A stretch of DNA of 12,652 nt from the IMG/VR virus record IMGVR_UViG_2660238360_000005; one strand, 5' to 3'. Positions 1-7,428 of this stretch are shown piece after piece. Position 1 is the first letter of the stretch; each line of letters starts with the position of its first letter. The DNA is from a virus. Taxonomy: Duplodnaviria > Heunggongvirae > Uroviricota > Caudoviricetes. The translations under genes were made by a program, and so were the position numbers. The notes under the pieces were generated by a model that saw nothing but the letters and a program-made list of their open reading frames with translations, made no database searches and was not told the origin of the DNA.

Positions 1-1
1 A

Positions 2-1297
2 TTAATTTTTCATTGCTTCGTTATGGGGCATGGTTGGGGCAAACTCGCTTAACTGTGTATTTAACAAAGCTACCTGTGCATTATTGTTTTCAGACATCCA
101 TTTTCCGTATACCTGAAATACCATTTGCGCATCTGCATGGCCCATCTGGTTTGCTATAAATGCCGGGTTAGCACCAGCTGTCAGCGACCAGCAGGCATAA
201 GTATGTCTCGACTGATATGATTTTCGATGGCGGAGTCCGGCACGTTTTATCGCTGCGTCCCACATCTGCCTTATTGAGTCAACGGTAAAATGGTCACCAT
301 AATTTTTTACTCTCGCTGACACTTCAGGTTGAAAAACAAAGGTGCATTTATGTTTTTCTGTTCTGCCATACTCTCTGAGGTGAACATCAATGATATGCTC
401 TTTGCTCAGTCTCGTTAATGTCATCTGACTCCGGAGAGCGTCGATTGCTGGCTTAATAAGATGAATGACCCGATTGGTTCCCGCCTGTGTTTTTGGTACC
501 GTGAAACGGTCTTTTGCTAAATTTCTCCTGATCATCATTGTTCCATTTTTCAGATCTATGTCCTCCCATCCAAGTGCACACAGCTCACCAGGGCGAACGC
601 CAGTATAAACAGAAACACACCATAAATTTTTGGCTTGCTGATTTCTGCACGCATCGATAAGACGGATGAATTCCTCCCGCGAAAGAGGATCCGGAATGGT
701 TCTTGATTCCTTTAATGGCGAGATCCCCTTAAACGGGTTATCTGCCAGGTAACCGTTATCAACACCAAACTGGAACACGGCGTTAAGATTTGTCATGTAA
801 TTATTTACAGTTACAGCCGATCTCCCTGGTTGTGTAACAATATAGTTACTTTTGGGGATCTGGTATCCAGTCAGTAGCTCTTTACGAACCTCCAGTAATT
901 TTTCTTTATTAATCGATGAGGCAAGATTTTTTTCACCGATTATGCTCAGGATATTTTTGATGACGGCACGGTATGTGTTGAGTGATGTTTTTGCGACTTC
1001 AGTTTCTTTCAGTGCCAGAAATTTTTCAGCCAGTTCTTTTATGGTTAAATCTTGTCGGGTCTCACCAAATTTTTCCAGATTGCGTGAGGAGGGAAACTGT
1101 TTTGCATAGTCGAAAACACCAGTTTTTATTGCGTAACAAACAGAGGCGCGTAGCTCACCTGCAACGCGCCTGTTTTTTGCTGTGTCAGGAACCCCCAGGT
1201 TTTCCCTGACTCTTACGCCTTTATAAACAAACCAGATACGTAATTTCCCTCCATGGTTTTCCACGCCTGTCGGATATTTCATTTCAATTTCTCTCAT
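2..1297 (-). CDS. int: Phage integrase, tyrosine recombinase family
   Basis: 431-codon ORF ending at the window edge. C-terminal region has tyrosine-recombinase box motifs (..SRHTYACWSL.. and ..MGHADAQMVFQVYGKW.. with the presumptive nucleophile Tyr). Sits immediately downstream of a small excisionase-like ORF in the usual xis-int order. The second ATG at 1282 (MKYPTGV..) is the more likely true start. Confidence 0.9.
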   Translation of the reverse strand: MREIEMKYPTGVENHGGKLRIWFVYKGVRVRENLGVPDTAKNRRVAGELRASVCYAIKTGVFDYAKQFPSSRNLEKFGETRQDLTIKELAEKFLALKETEVAKTSLNTYRAVIKNILSIIGEKNLASSINKEKLLEVRKELLTGYQIPKSNYIVTQPGRSAVTVNNYMTNLNAVFQFGVDNGYLADNPFKGISPLKESRTIPDPLSREEFIRLIDACRNQQAKNLWCVSVYTGVRPGELCALGWEDIDLKNGTMMIRRNLAKDRFTVPKTQAGTNRVIHLIKPAIDALRSQMTLTRLSKEHIIDVHLREYGRTEKHKCTFVFQPEVSARVKNYGDHFTVDSIRQMWDAAIKRAGLRHRKSYQSRHTYACWSLTAGANPAFIANQMGHADAQMVFQVYGKWMSENNNAQVALLNTQLSEFAPTMPHNEAMKN

Positions 1298-1316
1298 TAG
1301 TTAGTGTGGCTTTTAG

Positions 1317-1568
1317 TCAAGTAAGATGACGTCTTGGTCTTGCTGATGCCTGGCGCTCAATCCAGCGATCAATTTCTTCCAGGTTGTAAAAGCATGGACT
1401 GTTATCCCATGGCATACCGTCATGAGCGACATGCTTATATTCCCTTCCTTCCATAAACGATTTTTCCCGGGCCTTTTTTAACGTACCTTTTTTTATTCCT
1501 TTCAGCGCAATTAACTGCTCTTCGGATACCCATTTGCCGGGAGAGACAATCATGATTACTTCGCTCAT
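1317..1568 (-). CDS. Putative excisionase / small DNA-binding recombination directionality factor
   Basis: 83-aa basic ORF directly upstream of int on the same strand, separated by 19 bp. Assignment rests on position and size, not on a recognised motif. Confidence 0.5.
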   Translation of the reverse strand: MSEVIMIVSPGKWVSEEQLIALKGIKKGTLKKAREKSFMEGREYKHVAHDGMPWDNSPCFYNLEEIDRWIERQASARPRRHLT

Positions 1569-1640
1569 CGATTTCTTTATCTCTTACATCAGACGAGCGC
1601 CGGTTGCAGAATACCAGTCACAACCGGCGACAGTTGAACA

Positions 1641-4112
1641 TTAAGAATCAGCCTGACTCGGGATCAGTTTTTGCCAGATAACTGAAACGTATTTTGCCTG
1701 GTAACGGGCGTCATCAAGTGCATTATGGCGCTCACCTTCGAATGGAATAGCCGTTCTGGCATCGAAGTCTATGGCTTTCCCCAGCTCAACGATTGTGCGT
1801 ACATCGCGATCGTTGTAGTAACGCCACGGGCAGGGGATCCCCTGCCGTTCGTATGAACGGCGCAAAATCGTGTTGTCGAAGTTGGCTCCATTTCCCCAGA
1901 CCTGAACAAAAAATTCACCGGAGTTTTCGTCGATAAATTCCCACAATTGTAACAGTGCATCATCTAACGGGATTTCATCGGTCATAATGGCAGATTGCGC
2001 TTCGCGTGATTGCTTAAGCCACCATTTAATGGTGTCCCGATCAATGACTCCGCCAGCAGTTTCCAGATCGATAGTCTTACTAAATTCCGGTCCCATATCT
2101 CCGGTTTGCGGATCGAAAAATATTGCACCTATTGAGATGATCGGGGCATCAGGATTTTTTCCCATGGTTTCAAGGTCGATCATTAGATGGTCACACGTCC
2201 TGCTGGTGGATGTGATTTCTTGATGACCGTTCACCTTAATTGAGTGATCTGCCGTCTCGCCAGTTTCATTATCGCTATCGTGATGCTGATTGCCGCCAGT
2301 GTTCTCCTTGTGTGGATGTTCAGCGCCTTCCATTTCCTCCGGATCATCTTCCTGAACTTCAATCTGATACTCTTCATCGAATGTTTCCTGGTATGTTGCG
2401 TCGCCCATTACCGCGCCACAATCAGGGCAGTTGCCGCCGCCGGTCTGACCGCAGGCGGTGCAGACTTTTTCCACTTCCTGTTGCGCCACTGATTCAGGCT
2501 GTTTCGTTTCTGGCTCGTTTTGTAACGCATTTGGGCTGTTTTGTTCCGCTTTTTGGTAGTTCCGTTCCGATTCATGCTGGTTCTGGTTCACAGAATCGCG
2601 GGTCTGGATCCCCTTAACCCATTTCGGATCATTCGGGTCACTAATCCCTTCAACAAATTCACCACGTGATGCAGCAAGCAACTTATCGGCGTCAGGCTGG
2701 ATGATATTGGCTGCCTGCATAATTTTGTTTACTTCGTCAGCGGTAACTTTTATCGGCTCTGGTTGTTCTGAATCTTCAGCGGTATCTACATTTTGCGGTA
2801 AGCCCGTGTATGTGCCATTTTTTCGGGCAAAATATTCTTCTTTTGTGATTTCAGTGGCGCCAGCAGCCAGTGCCTTATCCAGACCAGAAAGTTTGTTTGC
2901 GCGACCGTATTTTTCTCCGTCCTTATCTGCGAAGAGGAAATAGAACGGCCCCTCACGCTCTACAGATGGTTCAGCTTCCGGCGCGGTTTCATTTTTTGGG
3001 ATATCAGATACCTCAGTTTCCACTGCATCAGTTTGTGTTTCTGATGACTGGAGAACATCAACAGTGCCCAGGTCTGTTTCTTCATTCTCAAACACGCCCT
3101 TTGTCGTCAGGTATTCGCAGATATATTTGTTCAGTGCTACGGGATCTTTGTGAATGTCGATCGGACGCTCACGGACAAGGCCAAAAATAGTTTGGCGGTC
3201 GTAGCGAAGGGCATCAGGCTGTTTGCGCATTGATGCCGAGATACGCTTCCAGTCTTCGCGGTCGTTGTCGATAACTTCATTTTTTGCCCAGCGATGGATG
3301 CTGCCGTCAATGTTTCCGGCATCCACATCACCAGGCCAGAGAGCGTAGGCCAGTTCGTCATCCAGTGTTTTCCATGTCTGCTTGTATTCGCGATGAATGG
3401 CAGCAATGACCGGGCTGATTTTTCCTGTTGAATTTTCAGTGTACTGTTGATTGGCTCTGGCGCGGGCGAGATCAACAACAGACGTGTATTTTCCGGTTTC
3501 CTTGCGTTCACCTTCGCGACGTTTTTTCCAGATGCGCATCTCTGCCTGAATTTCGGGCCATTTAGCACCAGGAATACATTTATGCTTAACCCACCCAATG
3601 GCGTGCAACTTAAGCTCCGGATACATGGCGTTAACTTCTGGCATTTTCATCAACGCTTCAACGATATGTCCGTCGAATGTTGCCATGTCTTCCTGCAACA
3701 ATTCCTGTGCGCTAATAACCATATCAACGGTGATGTTTTCACATGTGTCGAACTTAACCATGACAGCGTTCTGTACTTCAGGGGCCAGCTTGTCAAAAGT
3801 GACGTTCATCGGATCGGATTCAGTCTCAACCGGGACAAAAGAAGCAGACTCCTCATCCCAGCGGTTTTCCTGCATATATTCAGCATCCCATGAATCGAGG
3901 GCAGGGCGGGGTATGCCAGGTTTATCCTCGCAGACAATAAATTTATAAGCGCAGTCCTGAGCAGCCGGATAATGTTCCAGGAATTGCCAGTGAAATTTTG
4001 CTCGAGCACGGCGTTCGTCGCCAGCTTCAATGGCTGTGGCTACAGCCACAGCGCCTTCTTCCCTTGTTGCCAGTTCGTCAGGAATAGCGGCGCAAATAAA
4101 GACTTTACTCAT
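1641..4112 (-). CDS. RecE-like exonuclease (exodeoxyribonuclease VIII-like) with C-terminal DEDDh 3'-5' exonuclease domain
   Basis: Long ORF; the track starts it at a TTG (4148), but ATG at 4112 has a GAGG about 9 nt upstream. C-terminal ~190 aa (about 1641-2230) carry DnaQ-like motifs I (MIDLETMG), II (GNGANFDNT) and III (RHNALDDARYQ). Central acidic low-complexity region with a C-x2-C-x7-C-x2-C zinc-ribbon motif (CTACGQTGGGNCPDCG, about 2405-2465). N-terminal RecE-family resemblance is recalled from memory, not verified. Confidence 0.7.
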   Translation of the reverse strand: MSKVFICAAIPDELATREEGAVAVATAIEAGDERRARAKFHWQFLEHYPAAQDCAYKFIVCEDKPGIPRPALDSWDAEYMQENRWDEESASFVPVETESDPMNVTFDKLAPEVQNAVMVKFDTCENITVDMVISAQELLQEDMATFDGHIVEALMKMPEVNAMYPELKLHAIGWVKHKCIPGAKWPEIQAEMRIWKKRREGERKETGKYTSVVDLARARANQQYTENSTGKISPVIAAIHREYKQTWKTLDDELAYALWPGDVDAGNIDGSIHRWAKNEVIDNDREDWKRISASMRKQPDALRYDRQTIFGLVRERPIDIHKDPVALNKYICEYLTTKGVFENEETDLGTVDVLQSSETQTDAVETEVSDIPKNETAPEAEPSVEREGPFYFLFADKDGEKYGRANKLSGLDKALAAGATEITKEEYFARKNGTYTGLPQNVDTAEDSEQPEPIKVTADEVNKIMQAANIIQPDADKLLAASRGEFVEGISDPNDPKWVKGIQTRDSVNQNQHESERNYQKAEQNSPNALQNEPETKQPESVAQQEVEKVCTACGQTGGGNCPDCGAVMGDATYQETFDEEYQIEVQEDDPEEMEGAEHPHKENTGGNQHHDSDNETGETADHSIKVNGHQEITSTSRTCDHLMIDLETMGKNPDAPIISIGAIFFDPQTGDMGPEFSKTIDLETAGGVIDRDTIKWWLKQSREAQSAIMTDEIPLDDALLQLWEFIDENSGEFFVQVWGNGANFDNTILRRSYERQGIPCPWRYYNDRDVRTIVELGKAIDFDARTAIPFEGERHNALDDARYQAKYVSVIWQKLIPSQADS

Positions 4113-4204
4113 TTGTTTTAACCTCATGACAGATTTAAGGATGAACAAATCCCTGCCATTGCTGGCATATAAGAATGAAACCGGATATTTATTACGGAAC
4201 TGTT

Positions 4205-4396
4205 TTAAAGACCTGCCGGGATTTCGATATTATCCTGGTGAATAACTTTATCGACCGGGTAACAGTTACCGGGAATTTTCTGTTCGGTTGCTGCAGTCAT
4301 ACACTCCTGCATTGTCCTGTGAACACTGACTGCAATATCAACTGGCTCTCCGGAAACAAGAAAAACTGTCAGAACAAGCACAAATGCTGAATTCAT
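4205..4396 (-). CDS. Hypothetical small secreted protein (63 aa, N-terminal signal-peptide-like segment)
   Basis: ATG at 4396 preceded by AAGGA with 8-nt spacing. N-terminus MNSAFVLVLTVFLVSG is signal-peptide-like. Start overlaps the stop of the upstream ORF in an ATGA arrangement (4393-4396). Confidence 0.5.
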   Translation of the reverse strand: MNSAFVLVLTVFLVSGEPVDIAVSVHRTMQECMTAATEQKIPGNCYPVDKVIHQDNIEIPAGL

Positions 4397-4581
4397 TGTG
4401 CACATCCTTTTGGCATCAGACGTAAACGAGCCAGCATTGAAACAATGCATATTTTATTTAATAGCTCCCGTTCTTGTTTTCTCTTGTTAATGGCATCTTC
4501 AGTAAATACTGGGTTACTGATAGTGACACCAATTTCAAAACAACCTTCAGACGTATTAACGTTTGGTAATAACGTTTTCAT
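4393..4581 (-). CDS. Hypothetical small protein (62 aa)
   Basis: ATG at 4581 preceded by GAGGA with 7-nt spacing; stop overlaps the start of the downstream small ORF (ATGA), implying translational coupling. Confidence 0.45.
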   Translation of the reverse strand: MKTLLPNVNTSEGCFEIGVTISNPVFTEDAINKRKQERELLNKICIVSMLARLRLMPKGCAQ

Positions 4582-5148
4582 TATCGCGTCCTCAACAATG
4601 AATTTTGTGATGCAGTGCCTGGTGCCTCCAGGTGACGTTAACCAGTTAACAATTAACGCCGGATACAGAGAATCCACCCATAACACTGTTTTTGGTTTTA
4701 ACTGTTCCGCGTGCGCTCAGCCGCATTCACCACATCACAAAATTCACTTTAAAAAGGGCGGCAGAGCAGTCACGGAGTAAAACTGATACCGCCAAACGTC
4801 ACCAGAAAATTGATAACAGAGGGCGTTGCAGCGGGGTTGTCACTTAAGCGTATGGTCAACCTGACAACCCGGTGTCCTCAACGGGGAAGAAATAACCCCG
4901 CCATACTTACCGCCGCACCATTTCGCGGGTTGCCACAACCGGAAGCGCACGGTCGACGAAAATTTAACGACAGGCTATCTATGAACCAGCTACCTCGCCG
5001 TGCGCTTTCGCGTTATGGTCTGACTTTTCAGGGAAATATCCTTTCAGTAAACTGTCAGTGCCGGATGCTCACCCGTGTCCGGCGCACGCACTCCACCTCA
5101 CCCGTGGAGAACTCCTTAATTACCAACCTTAGCTTCGTTGGTTAGCTA

Positions 5149-5367
5149 TTAACGCGGGTATGTAATCATTCTGGCAATGCTTAATGCCGCTGCTTTTTCC
5201 AGATTGGTGATATCCTGCTCCAGAGCGGACAGATTTTCAGCCTGCTTAGCCCTGGCTTCATTGGCCCATTTCAGATCCTGCGCTGCATTAATTTTCTGGC
5301 GCATCCACTCATAAAGTTCATCATCGGTATAGTCTGGCGCGATGATGACGGGTTCTCGTTTCTGCAT
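5149..5367 (-). CDS. Hypothetical early leftward-operon protein (72 aa)
   Basis: ATG at 5367 with GAGGAA 5 nt upstream; third gene of a compact minus-strand operon. Protein has a predicted helical, charged middle segment. Size and position are reminiscent of Rac kilR, but I cannot confirm the sequence. Confidence 0.55.
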   Translation of the reverse strand: MQKREPVIIAPDYTDDELYEWMRQKINAAQDLKWANEARAKQAENLSALEQDITNLEKAAALSIARMITYPR

Positions 5368-5396
5368 ACTGATTCCTCGCGGTGCTGTTTCGCTTA

Positions 5397-5525
5397 TCAG
5401 CCGTTAGATTTTGCCGAACTGGAAAGCGCCTGTTTAAATTCGTTGAAGCTGTGAGCTTCTTCGCCTTCGGCAAGGCCTTCGAAGTATTCTTCGTAAGCCT
5501 TTTCCATGATTGTGTCAAAATCCAT
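5397..5525 (-). CDS. Hypothetical small acidic protein (42 aa)
   Basis: Not in the ORF track (<60 aa). ATG at 5525 with AGGTGA SD; translation MDFDTIMEKAYEEYFEGLAEGEEAHSFNEFKQALSSSAKSNG. Start lies 1 nt after the stop of the upstream 51-aa ORF. Competes with track ORFs 5321-5530(-) and 5382-5579(+), which lack comparable RBS. Confidence 0.45.
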   Translation of the reverse strand: MDFDTIMEKAYEEYFEGLAEGEEAHSFNEFKQALSSSAKSNG

Positions 5526-5526
5526 A

Positions 5527-5682
5527 TCACTCACCTGAGTTTCTTTCCAGCCAGCGACGGGCACCATTTTCGGTTTTAAACGTTTTGCTTTTGGTATACG
5601 TCATTGCGGTGAAGGTGCCGTCCTGGTTTGGAAACACGCCGTACACCAGAGATTCGTTGTTGCCAAGATCGATAGTATCCAT
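5527..5682 (-). CDS. Hypothetical small prophage protein (51 aa; possibly YdaF/DUF1391-like)
   Basis: Internal ATG of track ORF 5527-5763 with GAGG 5 nt upstream; translation MDTIDLGNNESLVYGVFPNQDGTFTAMTYTKSKTFKTENGARRWLERNSGE. First gene of the leftward operon; family name is from memory only. Confidence 0.5.
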   Translation of the reverse strand: MDTIDLGNNESLVYGVFPNQDGTFTAMTYTKSKTFKTENGARRWLERNSGE

Positions 5683-5861
5683 GCTGACCTCATTTCCCCT
5701 TAACGCCGGGGTAGCGGAACAAAAACCTGCTGCATAGTTATTAAAGTTGAACCCTGCCGTCATGTTCTTACGCCTCGGGCTGGCTACTTAACCCCTGACC
5801 ACTGCCTGGTAACTCGAAGTATTGCCCTGCATTCTGTAGGATGGGGTGAGGGAATGAATGA

Positions 5862-5909
5862 AGTTTAGAAAGACGAACTTTCCAGGTCAATGTTTTTTTA
5901 TCAAAACAT
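5862..5909 (-). promoter_or_regulatory. Putative leftward early promoter with adjacent operator-like palindrome
   Basis: On the minus strand TTGACC (plus 5885-5890), 17-nt spacer, TAAACT (plus 5862-5867). Immediately upstream is the palindrome ATGTTTT-N6-AAAACAT (5890-5909), matching the GTTTT-N6-AAAAC motif of the cI-cro operators. Confidence 0.4.
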
Positions 5910-5974
5910 TTTAAGCAGGCAGCTGTTAAGCCATCACCACGATGGCATACAGTTAATCAAATAGATGAGGTTGG

Positions 5975-6613
5975 TTAAATATCTTGTTGAATTTTAAAGC
6001 ATACGCCCAATATGCAAGATAGATCATCCAGCATAATTGAAGGGTAGCGAGGATTCGTGGGGACTAAAAGAATATCCGGCCCTTCTATCTCCAGTTTACG
6101 AATGACAGGTGTTGTGGTCCCTTTGGGTAAGGCAAGGACAATATTTCCTGGTTGTACGGTTCGATCGGGATCAACAAAAACTGTTGAACCATTTGGGATG
6201 GAAACTCCCCCACCAGATGTTGACATACTGTCACTCTCTAGAACAACTGCAAAGGTATTGACCGGGATTTCTCCGACAAGCTGCACACAAGAGGTTATTG
6301 AGGAATTTTTCATATAATCACTCCAGCTTGCTGCCTGCTGAAGTGATAGTAGCGGAACCGTTTTTATCGGCGGTAAAGATAGATCAAGCGAATCACCTGT
6401 ATTTAACTCTCCTCCATTAAGAAGCCAATTTTCGTTTACTTTCAATATTTTTGCCAGTGAACTTATGTAACGCGAGGACGGCGCTCCTCCACCGTTCATC
6501 CATTGACTTACGGAGCCTTTTGATGCGCCAGTGCCATTGACAAGGTCTTTGCCTTTCAGGTTTAGCGCATGCATACGTTGGGTTATGCGTTCAGATATAG
6601 TTTGCTTGCTCAT
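5975..6613 (-). CDS. CI-type prophage repressor (N-terminal XRE-type HTH, C-terminal S24 LexA-like peptidase)
   Basis: 212 aa. HTH segment ..LKGKDLVNGTGASKGSVSQWMNG..; C-terminal ..ESDSMSTSGGGVSIPNGSTVFVDPD.. (Ser) and ..PVIRKLEIEGPDILLVP.. (Lys) fit the S24 Ser/Lys dyad. Divergent from the cro-like gene. No SD upstream of the ATG, compatible with a leaderless PRM-type transcript. Confidence 0.9.
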   Translation of the reverse strand: MSKQTISERITQRMHALNLKGKDLVNGTGASKGSVSQWMNGGGAPSSRYISSLAKILKVNENWLLNGGELNTGDSLDLSLPPIKTVPLLSLQQAASWSDYMKNSSITSCVQLVGEIPVNTFAVVLESDSMSTSGGGVSIPNGSTVFVDPDRTVQPGNIVLALPKGTTTPVIRKLEIEGPDILLVPTNPRYPSIMLDDLSCILGVCFKIQQDI

Positions 6614-6676
6614 GTTTTGATTTTAAAACACAGATGGTTTTGTTTCTTGACTTTCTTTGGTTTTGATTATTAAACT
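6614..6676. promoter_or_regulatory. Divergent promoter-operator region with three operator-like sites at 23-bp phasing
   Basis: GTTTTGATTTTAAAAC (6614-6629), GTTTTGTTTCTTGAC (6637-6651) and GTTTTGATTATTAAAC (6660-6675) start exactly 23 bp apart. Rightward promoter candidate TTGACT (6647-6652), 18-nt spacer, TAAACT (6671-6676). Confidence 0.55.
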
Positions 6677-6704
6677 TTTGACGTTCAGTTTTATGGAGCG
6701 ACTC

Positions 6705-6935
6705 ATGAAAAAATCAGAAGTATTAGGCTATTTTGGCGGAGTTGTTAAAACAGCCGCAGCTCTAGGAACGTCAAAAACCACAGTCAGCATGTGGGGGGAA
6801 GAGGTTCCGTGGAAATGGGCGTTGCTAATTCAGGCAGTCACTGCCGGGGCGCTCAAATATGAGTTACACATACCGACGGTTGTCATTCCCGGTTCTGATC
6901 ATAATCCGCCTTCTAACCAAGGGGGGGATTCATGA
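6705..6935 (+). CDS. Cro/YdaS-like HTH regulator (76 aa)
   Basis: ATG at 6705 with GGAG 7 nt upstream; HTH-like segment GGVVKTAAALGTSKTTVSMW; divergent from the repressor; stop overlaps the next start (ATGA at 6932-6935). Confidence 0.8.
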   Translation: MKKSEVLGYFGGVVKTAAALGTSKTTVSMWGEEVPWKWALLIQAVTAGALKYELHIPTVVIPGSDHNPPSNQGGDS

Positions 6936-7357
6936 AAATCAAGCATGAACACATCCGCATGGCGATGAATGCCTGGGCGCATCCGGACGGCGAAAAAGTA
7001 CCGGCTGCGAAAATTACCAAAGCGTATTTCGAGCTGGGAATGACGTTCCCGGAACTGTATGACGACAGCCATCCGGAAGCCCTGGCTCGCAATACCCAGA
7101 AAATTTTCCGCTGGGTAGAGAAAGACACCCCTGATGCAGTTGAAAAAATTCAGGCGTTGTTACCAGCGATCGAAAAGGCAATGCCACCTTTGCTGGTGGC
7201 CAGAATGCGCAGCCACAGTTCAGCTTATTTTCGGGAGCTGGTGGAGACGCGGGAGCGACTGGTGAGAGACGCTGATGATTTTGTCGCAGTGGCAATCGCC
7301 GGTTTCAATCAGATGAACCGTGGTGGCCCGGCAGGAAATGCTGTGGCAGTACATTGA
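6932..7357 (+). CDS. CII/YdaT-like regulatory protein (141 aa)
   Basis: N-terminus MKIKHEHI.. as I recall for YdaT/phage CII-family proteins; translationally coupled to the upstream cro-like gene, matching the racR | ydaS-ydaT layout of Rac-like prophages. Confidence 0.7.
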   Translation: MKIKHEHIRMAMNAWAHPDGEKVPAAKITKAYFELGMTFPELYDDSHPEALARNTQKIFRWVEKDTPDAVEKIQALLPAIEKAMPPLLVARMRSHSSAYFRELVETRERLVRDADDFVAVAIAGFNQMNRGGPAGNAVAVH

Positions 7358-7428
7358 CTGACAATAGCCATATCGAATCGCTTCCGGCAACTCGTGAGTA
7401 AAAAGATTCGGTATCAGAAGAGGTGAGT

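Noticed and set aside
1987-3948. Multiple plus-strand ORFs of 78-148 aa inside the RecE-like gene
   Set aside because: All antisense to a long, well-supported gene, with Ser/Arg/Cys-rich compositions and no RBS.
4810-5145. 111-aa plus-strand ORF filling the GC-rich stretch
   Set aside because: TTG start, no RBS, Arg-rich composition typical of off-frame translation of GC-rich DNA, and opposite to the surrounding operon.
5121-5145. Hairpin after the 72-aa gene as a terminator
   Set aside because: Only a 6-bp A/T-containing stem (ACCAAC / GTTGGT) with no U-tract on the transcribed strand.
5321-5579. Track ORFs 5321-5530 (-) and 5382-5579 (+)
   Set aside because: Basic, low-complexity translations without RBS; the region is better explained by the SD-preceded 42-aa and 51-aa ORFs.
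6657-6704. Upstream starts for the cro-like gene (ORF track 6657, ATG 6693)
   Set aside because: No RBS for either and they would overlap the operator/promoter sites; ATG 6705 has GGAG at 7 nt.
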